Of a stretch of 64,000 nucleotides of DNA, positions 1 through 10,805 are shown piece by piece. Origin of the DNA: Octopus sinensis. Its lineage: Eukaryota. The first letter of the stretch is position 1; every line of letters starts with the position of its first letter. The notes under the pieces were generated by a model. That model had not been told where the DNA came from. It did no database searches and saw only the letters and a list, made by a program, of their open reading frames with translations. The stretch lies in assembly GCF_006345805.1 (NCBI RefSeq), contig NW_021835478.1:29176-93175 (forward strand), in the 5' to 3' direction. A program made the translations under genes and the position numbers.

Positions 1-3000
1 CCGTAATAAGTTCATCAATGATGACAGAACTGTCCATATCGCTGGCATCTTCATAGTCCAATGCATCAATCGCCATCTTTCTCGCCCAGTGATATACTTC
101 CGGGTGTATCCTAAAGTAATCCAGCGGTTCAAATTGAGTGGAATAAACACTAATCATAATCCCCATTAACACCACCGATTGCTCACACAGTAGTACTGAT
201 CCACCAATAAGAACCCAGCACAGTTCACAAACACAATGGGACCAATACGGTAGTTAGTCACCAGTTCAATTCGTGAGATTATATCTTTGTACTCATCCTT
301 GTGCATTACACTCCTTGCAATACCTTCATTATAACCTGGGCCTTTATTGGACCAAGCCCTGACACGAATTGGAGAATATTTTTAGTATGTGGGTAATGAC
401 GGACCCGGTTTACATCAACACCAGTCAAACTCACCGCATCAATTACTTCACGTTGTAATTCTCGACTCAGAATATCCGACTCGACATTATTCTGCAGTGG
501 GTCGTAACAGAATGATAGGAAATCGTCGTTCTTGTTGATTAATTGAGCATATTCGGCCAGTGGATCAACCAACAATCTGCCCATTGAGATAGCCTCTCTC
601 AGAAGAATGGGATATTCAGGATAATCAGTCTATTTACATCACAAGTTTTGCTTATACAGCCCCCTTCGTTGATTTGGAATATATCTTTGCCAATTCGTTA
701 CTAAATAGTTCCACGTCAACTGAATGTTCGCTATCCAGTACTAATGAATGGATATCCTCCACCACGAATGTTGCCAGTCTAAAATAAGCCACTCTCATAC
801 ACCTGTCCTCAGTCGACACTATTATCAGAGATGGCTTGTGCTTGTCGATAAAACTGCGTAATTTGACCAATGAAGCTTTCTACAAATTAATGATCACTAT
901 TACTTTATGAGACAGAAATAGACTATTTCTGCCTCCACTAGACTCGCCAGTTTAATATACTCCTCCACTTCACCGTCCATGTTTATGATCACCCCAAATG
1001 ATGCCATGCCACTACATTAAGAACAACACAACCAACCGAGATGATGAATAAGACACTGATAACACATTCTGGTCTGTCTTTCTATTTGGACGGTACCCGA
1101 AATACGGGCATTTCCCAATAATCGACCTCAGTCTGCTTCGACATTTCTAAATATTAGCAACAGTCAAACTGAGATCATTGCGTTGGATGCTTCACTTAAA
1201 AGGCGATCCTTAACTTCTTTCACTATGAGGGGATATATGCTCTTATAGAATGAGCCGAGTATGTCATTTATCATGCTTTTATCACCCTTCACTCTCCCCT
1301 GTTGAGATTATAGTCACTCACCAACTTTAATAAAACACGAAATCCAGTCGTTGGAGCAATTCAAATCATCAATGTTGAAAGATATCGACATTTTTAAAAG
1401 CCCGTCCTTCTCTGCTGTCAGTAAATGGAGATAACAATCGTCCACCAATTCACACACGGGCTTGTCTTTCAAATACATCATCGAATAACAGGCATGTCCT
1501 TCATCCAGCTCCTACAATATATTCCCATTTGTTACCTTTAATCCAGCATTTGTCGGTCGGACAGTCAAAGTAGCACAGCTGTGGAGAATTTTTCTCAAAT
1601 AATCAGTCAAATCTGGTTCGACCGACATCTCCATTGCAACCATGTAAGCCAACGCCTCCATTACTTGCTTTGTCGACTCATAACGATTTCCGACAAAGCG
1701 TTCAGCCATTTCGACCATAGTCTGAGTGTCAGGATCACGTTGGAGAGGAAGACAGTTAATAATATCAGAAGATAATTTTGTACAAGACATTTCACAAGCC
1801 AAAAGAATGCTTCCTAAATGAGAGTAAGTTGAATACACCACCAAGTCCATCGTCTACACAAATACGATAACAACTGCGGGATAGAGCAGGCTTGTGGAGT
1901 GGCGTGTCTCCACTCGAAAAATACTCCTTCATCGACTCCAACTCATGTCCGTAATAAAACATGAAATATCGATGATAATCTTTCAACACCAACTCACTGT
2001 CGGCCTTCTCCAGACTCACGATTAATGACATAATATACCCATCAAGCACATTTTCTGTGATTTTCTGATAGTAATGGGAAGAACCAGCATATTTGAACTC
2101 CCCAAATTCCTTCATTCTCTTAAAAAGTGAAAGAAGCGACTCTTTGAATGAGCGGAAGTGACACCACTACAATAAACAAACCACAACACCTTCTCATCCC
2201 AGTCATAAATCAACCACAAATCGGCAACTTCAAGGACTGGCAAAAAGTACTCCTTTCTGAACGTTGCAATGAAGGGAACCTAATACTTAAAAATCACTCA
2301 AAACTTCTGATTTGTCATTTCTAATCAATTGTAGGCAAGCCTGTATTTTCGCAGTCACTTCCTCGCTTGGATACGAACAAATCCGACTAAGCGAGGCTTT
2401 TTTGATTGTCTACTCATATTCCAAGATAAAATGACCTGAGAAGAAAGAGGACGGACACAAAACGAGTTTCTATAAATCCAGCCTGCTTCTGACTCCAATT
2501 CTTCGGGGGTGGCGTCGGACACAGGAACTGACCTCGCCTAAAAATATCAGGAAATCTCAAACTTGGAATCTTTCTGGCATGTCCATATTCCGAATTGTGT
2601 GTTCTTTGGTCGATTTATAAACCATTTCCTTCTCTTCGTTACAAAACTAACAAAACTAGAGAAAACAAACCAAACCGTGTCTCTCTCATCATCGGAATAA
2701 TAATCCACGGCAAAAATCTTCTGAGCCTCGTCTAGAGCACTAAAAGTCACAAAATCACGAATCAACGGATCGTCCGTGTAGATTCTCCGTGAATTCGACT
2801 TTCCGCGATCATCGTCGACAATAAAGTCGTCCATTTCTACGGAAATGAGTACAACACAGACCATCTAGTTCGGAATCACATTCATTTGGTCGAGATTTTC
2901 GATCGTTTGTGGATTTTTCTGATTTTCGGATATGTCTTTGATCTCCTTCCTCGTCTTCGGAGACAAATTTGACTCTTTTGAGTCTTTTCTACGAATTTGG

Positions 3001-3358
3001 CTTAGTTGACAAGACGAACTTTTCGATTGAACTTTTTGCCAGTGTTTTGTTCGATTATTTCAATATCATCGTCGTCGATTGAGTCCAACAAGTCGTCGCT
3101 GGACAATTCTTGTGATTGAGACTCGTATTCTTCAATTTCGTCGTCGTTTATTAGATCTTTCATCTCTTCGCGGATTTTCTCGTCGTCTATTGATGTCTAG
3201 TTTTCTGATTACCCTCCTCCTCTTCTTCGCTGCTTGAATAAACTCTTCTTCGTTTGCCACTTTGAGAGTATGTCTCGCTTTGTTCATCGTAGGATTCTGA
3301 AGCTTCTGCGTCGATAAAATCTTCGATTCTTGAAATTTAACAAATTCAAGCACCTCAT
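1..3358 (-). CDS. SUPT6H: Transcription elongation factor SPT6, multi-exon; 3' part runs off the left edge
   Basis: ATG at 3358; removing a 25-nt intron (3329-3353) and a 26-nt intron (3187-3212) gives acidic N-terminus MRIEDFIDAEASES. Motifs ALDEAQKIF, VSLTGVDVN...LQFVSGLGPIKA, IGPIVFVNCAGFL and RIHPEVYHWARKMAIDALDYE match Spt6 family motifs. Confidence 0.93.
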
Positions 3359-3814
3359 CAATATTAGCAAATCAAAGACTAGAATTTATTATTTATTTAA
3401 AATTATTTATTATAAATTTAATACAATTTATATTAAAAAATAATTTTAATGGATTTTTAATTCTTTTCTGTTAAAATTTTATGGCGTTAAGTTCGACATC
3501 GAGATTTTGAAAGCATTTGTTAGAACACTTACGAATTCCACTATTACTCTGTTTTCTTGATTTTAACGCGCAATCGAAAATAACACGCAAATAAATTTTG
3601 GTCCAAAAACATTCGGTAAAACGCAGTATTGCGCATCTTAACTTTCCCGCTGACGAAATTCAGAAATTTTATCTTTTTTTCGTCGCTTCACGATTGTTTT
3701 GTTCAGAACCGGATTGAGAAATCTTAGATAGAAAGGGTATGCTTATGATGTTTTATGCTGTTAAAGAAAAAATATTTTTTTTTTGAAACAAGAAAATTAG
3801 AGAAGAGAAGTTAA

Positions 3815-6211
3815 CTAAACTAGATGAGTCGCCGAGCGGATGGACAGGCAATTTCCACGTAATATCGCGAACGATATCCGCTGAAAAAGCCAGCTCGTTT
3901 CACGACTGTCGTGGCTCCTCCTCGAGATGATTGAACCAATCTCTGAGAGGAGTTTGAGGGCTTTGGGTCCAATTATCCCACTGGTCTCGAAAGCCAGGGG
4001 AATGAAGCAGCAGGTATCGGTCAAAGAGGCATATTTAGCGGCAAGGCTAGATGCAGATCCAGGACGAGAAGCGGAGTCGACCAACGATGAAGGAGAAAAT
4101 GAGTCTACGCAGGTAACATCCCACACGAGTGCCATTCCCTTCCTGAACGGGAATAAGGTCGACCCGTCAGGGCGTTTTCCATCTCCACGGTCTAGTCCTA
4201 TCGGTTCTAACATCGAGGGAAATCCAGCGGCGTTAAGCGCGCGCTTCACAACGTCATTTAATGAGGCGTGCCTGGGGATCCTGCCGGCACTGAGGCGACA
4301 AGAGAGAGGGTGTAAACCTCTCCTGTCAATGAGTTGTCCACATCTGCAATGGTGCGGCTGGCAAATCTCTATGCCAAGCCGTAAACAGATTCCGATGCGG
4401 ACAGATTCGTCGTCCAGCAACATTCCAGCAGAGGAAATCGGCAAAGCGTCAAGCCAATCGCCCGAGTGGGGTTGACAGGCACAATTGATGCTTGCCAACT
4501 GAAATTGGTCAGCACGTAGGCGGATATCTTCGAGTACATGGGAGCAATGTATATCATCCCAGTTCTTTTGAACTGAAGGGACGTCCGGGATTTTAAGCCC
4601 ACGAGAAATCCACATGTTGACACCCGCCGTATATTCCACCAACTCGGGCTGTTCAGGGGAGGGGAAGAGAACAGAGTTGAAGGAACTGGCAGAAGCAGAC
4701 AATGAGGAAAAGTAACAGGGGAGGGATAAATCAACACAGGAACGAATGCCGATGCCCCCGTAACGAATAGGTAAATTAACCCGTCGCATGTCTGAAGGTT
4801 TGAATTTGATGTTTACGAGAAGCTCAAGAGCTTTGGAGACCATGTTGTCGAGACAAGACAAGTGATTTTGTTCAAGAAAGCAGGGCGATGAGCGCATGAG
4901 ATAAGTTAGCTTCGGTATAAAGAGATAGTTCTTGAGCAAGAAAAGGCCTAAATGGGACTCAAGTTTGGAAATGCGGGAGATTAGACTTTCCAATTCTTCG
5001 AGCCTGTCACATAAAGCCTTCTTAGTAGCCTTGCTATTGATTGGGGAACCCAGAATGATAAGGTCATCAAGCTGGGTGATGCCCAGGCCTTCAATATGGT
5101 GAGATAAGGTGGAAAAAATAAGTTTGAATTCCGAAGGGCTCGCAGACAAGCATATCAGCTCGGATTTAGATCCATTCAAAGCGAGCCCAATGGAGGCAAA
5201 ACCAGAAATAATTTTTTCTATATCATTCCTGACGGTCTCCAAAGCCCCGCCGAGAGTAACATCATCGAGGTACCAAATGTTTACCTCGGAGGACAATTGG
5301 CGGGCAATGTGATCAACACCGAGAGAGAATAAAAGGGGCCCAAGAGGGTCGCCTTGTTGAATGCCAGTTTCGGACATAATAACATTGTCGGCAAACAAGA
5401 GACAGCTGGGGGAGGCGTAAGACAGATGGACAATCGGGTATAAGGCAGGGAAACGACATCGGACAGTTTCAAGGATATGATCGCGCCGAATCGAGTTGAA
5501 CGCGTTTTTGACATCAATTTTAAGGAGGAATGGGATTTCAGTACATTTTGCAGAAGACAGCTGCCGTATGCCATGGGCGGCTGCTTCGCAGGCTCCTTTC
5601 ACGCCCACGCCCAGTTGAATTGGCATAAGCTTTGCACTTGCTTCCGGAACCACTGATTGACAAATAATTTTAGCAGCAAGGCGTCTGAAGATGTTGCCCA
5701 CAGCGATAGGCCGTACGCCACCATCACTTTTGTTAAGAGCAGTCAGATTTGCAGAAAAGAGTACGTCCCTAGCGAACGGAGGGATCGTACCAGAGATGAT
5801 TCTTAAGCAGAGGGAAGTGATGGCCAACAATAAACGTCTTCCACCCTCTGCAGTCACAGGGGAAATCAGATCTTTTATATGAATCGGTTTCAAGCCATCG
5901 ATACCCCCACTGCTACTGAATGGGAAAGAGCCGAGGGCGGCAGTTACTTCCGTCGAAGAGACGGGATATATAGAATCAGTCTCCGGATCTGGGATTTCTG
6001 GTAAGTCATCCGGGGCGCCGGGGTGTTTAGAGCGCAATTGGTCGAGAATTTTGTCAGAAGGGGGGGCAATTGTGGTGTTCGAGGAAATAACACGTACTGC
6101 ACTCCGAACGTCGCCTTGCATAAGCTTGCTGCGAACCATTCGAGAAATGTCCTGAGTGCTCAGAATTGGACGAGGGATCCTTTCAGAAGCATCAAGGGAA
6201 AAATAGCTCAT
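3815..6211 (-). CDS. Reverse transcriptase plus restriction-like endonuclease (CRE-like)
   Basis: RPIAVGNIFRRL, DVKNAFNSI, GIQQGDPLGP, WYLDD; CRCG...HPLSC...RH; KRPDG...WDVTC...FETSG; RISFAILRGN. Confidence 0.93.
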   Translation of the reverse strand: MSYFSLDASERIPRPILSTQDISRMVRSKLMQGDVRSAVRVISSNTTIAPPSDKILDQLRSKHPGAPDDLPEIPDPETDSIYPVSSTEVTAALGSFPFSSSGGIDGLKPIHIKDLISPVTAEGGRRLLLAITSLCLRIISGTIPPFARDVLFSANLTALNKSDGGVRPIAVGNIFRRLAAKIICQSVVPEASAKLMPIQLGVGVKGACEAAAHGIRQLSSAKCTEIPFLLKIDVKNAFNSIRRDHILETVRCRFPALYPIVHLSYASPSCLLFADNVIMSETGIQQGDPLGPLLFSLGVDHIARQLSSEVNIWYLDDVTLGGALETVRNDIEKIISGFASIGLALNGSKSELICLSASPSEFKLIFSTLSHHIEGLGITQLDDLIILGSPINSKATKKALCDRLEELESLISRISKLESHLGLFLLKNYLFIPKLTYLMRSSPCFLEQNHLSCLDNMVSKALELLVNIKFKPSDMRRVNLPIRYGGIGIRSCVDLSLPCYFSSLSASASSFNSVLFPSPEQPELVEYTAGVNMWISRGLKIPDVPSVQKNWDDIHCSHVLEDIRLRADQFQLASINCACQPHSGDWLDALPISSAGMLLDDESVRIGICLRLGIEICQPHHCRCGQLIDRRGLHPLSCRLSAGRIPRHASLNDVVKRALNAAGFPSMLEPIGLDRGDGKRPDGSTLFPFRKGMALVWDVTCVDSFSPSSLVDSASRPGSASSLAAKYASLTDTCCFIPLAFETSGIIGPKALKLLSEIGSIISRRSHDSRETSWLFQRISFAILRGNCLSIRSATHLV

Positions 6212-6702
6212 ATCAAATTCTGATTGTTGAAAAACTCGCAGTTTGTTTTAATTTGCTGCGAGACGGACAAGCGGTCACCACGAAGAGTGCCGTTTAAAGG
6301 GCTGCCCAGACAGACAGGGACAAATGAGAGAAACTTGAGCCAATCGCTCCAAGAATTCGAGGCCAGAGCCCGCTCAATAGCCAGAGCCAAGGAGTTAGCA
6401 ACTTGGATCCTGGCCGATTTAGGAATGCGTGACGGGATAAACTTCGATTTCCGGAAACGAGACAAAAGTACGAGGAATTCGCTAGCTTTGGAACAAGACA
6501 GGTCCTTGGGTATTTTGGGAAGAGTTGGGGCCTCGATGTACAGAGGAGTAGAAGAGCAGCGAAAACATTTCCAGTTTGCGATGCTTGCCGAGCTGATCTT
6601 CGATAAGCCGACACAGGAGAGGTGGAAGTAGAGTTGGCACGAAGAACAATACCTTCCCTTTTTCCGAGGGCACGTAAGTTCGCACTTGCTGCAGGGAGAC
6701 AT
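6208..6702 (-). CDS. CRE-like element 5' ORF with N-terminal PHD finger
   Basis: C4,C7,C19,C22,H27,C30,W44,C46,C49 form a C4HC3 pattern; its TGA overlaps the downstream ATG (ATGA). Confidence 0.8.
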   Translation of the reverse strand: MSPCSKCELTCPRKKGRYCSSCQLYFHLSCVGLSKISSASIANWKCFRCSSTPLYIEAPTLPKIPKDLSCSKASEFLVLLSRFRKSKFIPSRIPKSARIQVANSLALAIERALASNSWSDWLKFLSFVPVCLGSPLNGTLRGDRLSVSQQIKTNCEFFNNQNLI

Positions 6703-7838
6703 AGGATCAGAAAAAGAATAAACAGAGAATAATTATTAGATAGATGACAATTACAACAATGGATTATTGAATACCAAATTACAAAAGAACAAATGAAAAG
6801 AAAAAGTGCACCACCACAACAACGTGCCAAAAATTCTGTTCTTGAGAAAAAATATTGGCCTTGACCATTTTTCTTCATTGCCATTCCACTTTCCAGCTTA
6901 TTAATGCAGGATTGTAATGTTGGTGAAGCTTAAAGATCTTCAATTTTTATGTATTTTGAATTAAAAGTTGAAAATTGCACAATTTTCGTGCGTCAAAGTG
7001 AGTTTGACAAACTTTTTCACTCGAAAATTTTAATTTAGGAAAGAAGAGAAATATTTATTTAAACAATTTTAGGTTCATTTGAGGAAATTTACTCTATTTA
7101 TAAATGTAACAAATCGTGGATATTTCTATATACAGTGAACAAAAATAAAAACTAAACATGCTTTTTCTTATAAATTTACAATGGGACAACATTGCAAATA
7201 TGTCTCAAATTTATTCTTTACATAAATTACAGTATTTTACATTTTTTAGTTTTTTTGATAAATATATATGCCCTTTTTATGAAATCGAAAATTCAAAACT
7301 AAAAAAAACTGAAAAAACTGCGTATTGGTTGAGCAACATGATTAGAGCCACTTTGAATAAGAGGTCAGAACAACATTTTTAGCGGGGTATTGAATTCTCA
7401 TTAGAACCTCTGACATCGTGACTTTATCGTCAGGAGATAGTTCATAGATCGTAGTCTTTAATACCCTGTTGAGATTATAAATAAAGAAGCAAGTTATTCT
7501 AGACATTATAATTGTATTTAACATAATTATGGATATGTTCTGGGAATGATTACCAAATATTTAACTGCAGCATTCCATACAAATTCTTAGTTAAATAAAT
7601 ATAACAAAATGACTATGATGCAACTCGATCTTTGTTTCCATGATAAAAAACAGAATCTCTTAGCTAACGAGACTTTAAAAAGTATATGTATTTCATAGGA
7701 AATTTATGACTGTTTAAAAACCAACGTAATTTGTAAAATATGCATCCAAAAATAAAATTTGTTCAATATGTATTAAACCATCCAAAACAATAATTTTCTA
7801 TAAAAACTTACAAAATAACAATTTTATGAAAAAATCAT

Positions 7839-10171
7839 CTAAGAGAAAATACGAGCTTCCCGACTGTTCAACGACCGAAAGCACCTGGAAATCCTCGCCT
7901 CAGTGGATGCTAATATAAAGAGCACACAACATACCAATACTATTATCAATCCAATCCATCGACCTGATCAAGGCAGATAAAACCTTCCTCACATTAAAAT
8001 CCTACAAATCAAAAAACAGGTCCAAACCACACTGTCGGGGCAATCATTGTCATTTATCCTCATCACATTCTCAATATGATCGACATCCTTGGAGTAACCC
8101 CCAATCTTATTCTCAATGTCCTCCATCATTTGATACCTACATCACCTCACTCAACTACAAATATGTCTTGGATGTGCTCGACTTGTTCATTTTGGACACA
8201 CTCACTTCGATCGAGTCCATCAACCTCTCCAGCATTTCCTGAGTATTCGAAACAAATTTGAGTTCGCTGTTTATATCCACCACACAATTCTCAATTTCAC
8301 TCAACTTGGTCTCCATTTCAGTCAACTTGGATATTACATAATCACACAATACTTTTTCGTCATCCTCAATCAACTGGAAGTCAATCTCATTCAGTCGCTT
8401 TAATTTTTCATCAAAGATCTGCTTTTTCGAACTCAATTGCCTTATTCTCGTCTCCAAATATGCCTCCAGTTGATAATAATTCATGTTTTCGAAACTAAAA
8501 TCCCTCACAAAACTCACCTCATTTGTGTTTGGCCTGGACTATCTGAATGAATTGGCCTATAATTGTATCAAACCTCACAATACGTTTGAAAATCGGCAGT
8601 GGAACATGATTTAGGCACATTAGGCTCAATATTTGGTAAGGAGGTAGGCAAAGTCGATGATTGAGGGACTCCACTCTCACCAGAAGCTGGGAAGGAGGCC
8701 AAATTTGATTCAAATGTAACAGTTGATTGAACTGGGACAGAAATTGGAGCTGCCGTCGTTGAAGGCTCCGAACTTTGGCCTGATTGTTGTGAATATATAA
8801 AGACATACTGAAAGGTTGAGAATAATTAGAGACAGATGGAATAATCGAGATTGGTTGTGTGGCTGAAGTAGTGAACATTGCTGATGTCTGGAGGGAAGGA
8901 ATTTGAGATGAAGGAGTAGAAGAAAGAAAAGTTGTTTGGGTAATTCCAGGGGAATTCGAGTGCTGGGTAGAAAACAATGGAGCATTTGAAATGACTTGTG
9001 AGGTGATATTTTCTGATATATTTGGAATTCCTTGTTGGGAGGTCACAGCTGATGGAATATTGAATAGACCTTGTTGTGTGGTCACAGTTGATGGAATGTT
9101 GAATAGGCCCTGTTGGGATGTCACAGCTGATGGAATATTGAATAGACCTTGTTGGGAGGTCACAGTTGATGGAGTGTTAAATAGACCTTGTTGGGAGGTC
9201 ACAGTTGATGGAATGTTAAATAGACCTTGTTGGGAGGCCCCAATTGTTGGAATATTCGAAAATCCCAGTTGTTGAGAGGTCACAATTGATGGAATGTTGA
9301 ATAAACCTTGCTGGGAAGTCACAGTTGATGGAGTGTTAAATAGGCCTTGCTGTGAGGTCGTAGTAGATGGAATGTTGAATAGGCCTTGTTGGGGGGTCCC
9401 AATTGTTGGAATATTCGAAAAGCCCTGTTGTTGCGATGTCGCAATTGATGGAATGTTGAATAAACCTTGCTGGGAAGTCACAGTTGATGGAGTATTGAAT
9501 AGGCCTTGCTGTGAGGTCGCAGTTGATGGAATATTGAATAGGCCTTGTTGGGATGTTCCAGTTGATGGAATATTGAATAAGCCTTGTTGGGAGGTTCCAG
9601 TTGATGGAATATTGAATAGACCTTGTTGGGACGTTCCAGTTGATGGAATATTGAATAGACCTTGTTGGGATGTCACAGTTGATGGAGTGTTGAATAGGCC
9701 TTGTTGTGAAGTATTTTGTCCTTGGATTGGGAAAGGAGCATTAAAAGATTGTTGACAGGTCACAATTCCAAAGGGCTGTGAAATAATTGAATTGGTTTGT
9801 GCCCCCGAGTTAGGAAATGTTCCAAAAGATTGAGAAGTAAAACCAGATTGACCCGTTGACTGAAAACTTTGATTTCCTTGACTTTGAAGGGTTCCAAAAC
9901 TTCCTGTGGCCGGAGAAGTTGGAAATGCTTGATTTTGACCCCAAAGGCTCTGAGAAGTAGAAAATCCTTGTGGTTGAGTTCCAATATTTTGAGATGTTTG
10001 GCCAAATATGCTTTGATTTTGAGACCCGAAAAATCCTGTCTGAGTAGTTGCAGGGTTTCCAAAAGAAGTATTTGAAAATAGGTTAGTTTGAGGCTGAATT
10101 CCGGATAAAGCAGACGATTGAGATATATTTTGGTTAGGATTTTGATTATTACTCCAAGAAGAAAAATTCAT
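7839..10171 (-). CDS. NUP62: Nucleoporin Nup62/Nsp1-like (FG/GLF repeat N-terminus, coiled-coil C-terminus), spliced
   Basis: S/T/Q-rich N-terminus with FG and GLF motifs; NYYQLEAYLE...LNEIDFQLIEDDEK...ELKFVSNTQEMLE and SMDWIDNS align with the Nsp1_C coiled coil. Internal exon joins only approximately resolved. Confidence 0.78.
9030..9711 (-). repeat. 39-bp coding minisatellite encoding TSQQGLFN(I/T)PS(T/I/A)(V/G/A)
   Basis: About 17 tandem units visible in DNA (gatggaatattgaatagaccttgttggga...) and in the 550-aa ORF translation. Confidence 0.95.
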
Positions 10172-10805
10172 TTGAAATATAGTCTAATTTTAATTTACCA
10201 AAAAAACAAACCACAACGTGATATTGACTATTATTTTAATATATTTTTATTTTGATTTTATTCCATAAATATCTGCATATTATATAAAAAATTTGTTCGA
10301 TTAAAGCTAATTATCCTCTCTTTATATCCTCTCTTTTTTATTCACTTTGCACACTGTCTTTATACAAATGACTGACTTGAAAGTAAATGTACCTTACTAC
10401 TTTGTTATATCTTCTGACATGATCGTTGTTAAGTATTTTCCGACATTGAGGTGCCTCACTTTCGAGACAATGTTTTCTTTCCATAGTCGACAATTTAAAA
10501 TTTCTACATTTACATTTGAATAGTTGGAAATGAATTCTTCTTTATAAACAAAACATTTAAGCAGTATTAATCATTTTGAAACTTTTTTCCCTTAATTTTG
10601 TATTTAGATTGATTTGCTTACTGTAATTTAGAAATTATCATAATTTGATATTTTACATTCATCCGACAATTATCACCAACTTTGGTAAGCCCGATCCTTT
10701 TTGATTATAACTAAATTTAGATCACTGGTTAATAGTTCAGTTGTTTGGAAGAAATTCTATTCGGACTTTTATCATTAATTTCCTTTTGTTAGATTTGATT
10801 TAGAA

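Larger units (their letters stand above)
3777..6844 (-). mobile_element. Full-length CRE-like (RLE-type) non-LTR retrotransposon
   Basis: 12-bp direct repeat AGAAAAAATATT at 3765-3776 and 6845-6856; T10 tract at 3775-3784 (poly-A tail on minus strand); ~140-nt 5' UTR; encodes PHD finger, RT, CCHC-type motif and RLE endonuclease. Confidence 0.9.

Noticed and set aside
306-3358. Frequent in-frame stops in conserved genes suggesting an alternative genetic code
   Set aside because: Each case I examined is resolved by a short canonical GT-AG intron, and genes end in TAA, TAG or TGA.
3927-6223. Plus-strand and off-frame ORFs over the CRE element, and similar ones over VPS8, PYROXD1 and SLC25A36
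   Set aside because: Shadows of GC-richer coding sequence with no independent motifs.
6800-6844. AATTTTTGG Sm-like site plus GCAC/GTGC stem at the CRE 5' end, suggesting an SL RNA or snRNA link
   Set aside because: Short motif in T-rich sequence; no splice-donor hairpin or other snRNA features seen.
6294-6884. 196-aa minus-strand ORF with a hydrophobic N-terminus
   Set aside because: It crosses the TSD into the retrotransposon 5' UTR and overlaps the PHD ORF out of frame.
8991-9755. Cys-rich plus-strand ORFs (RPCWEVTVDG repeats)
   Set aside because: Antisense shadow of the Nup62 39-bp repeat.
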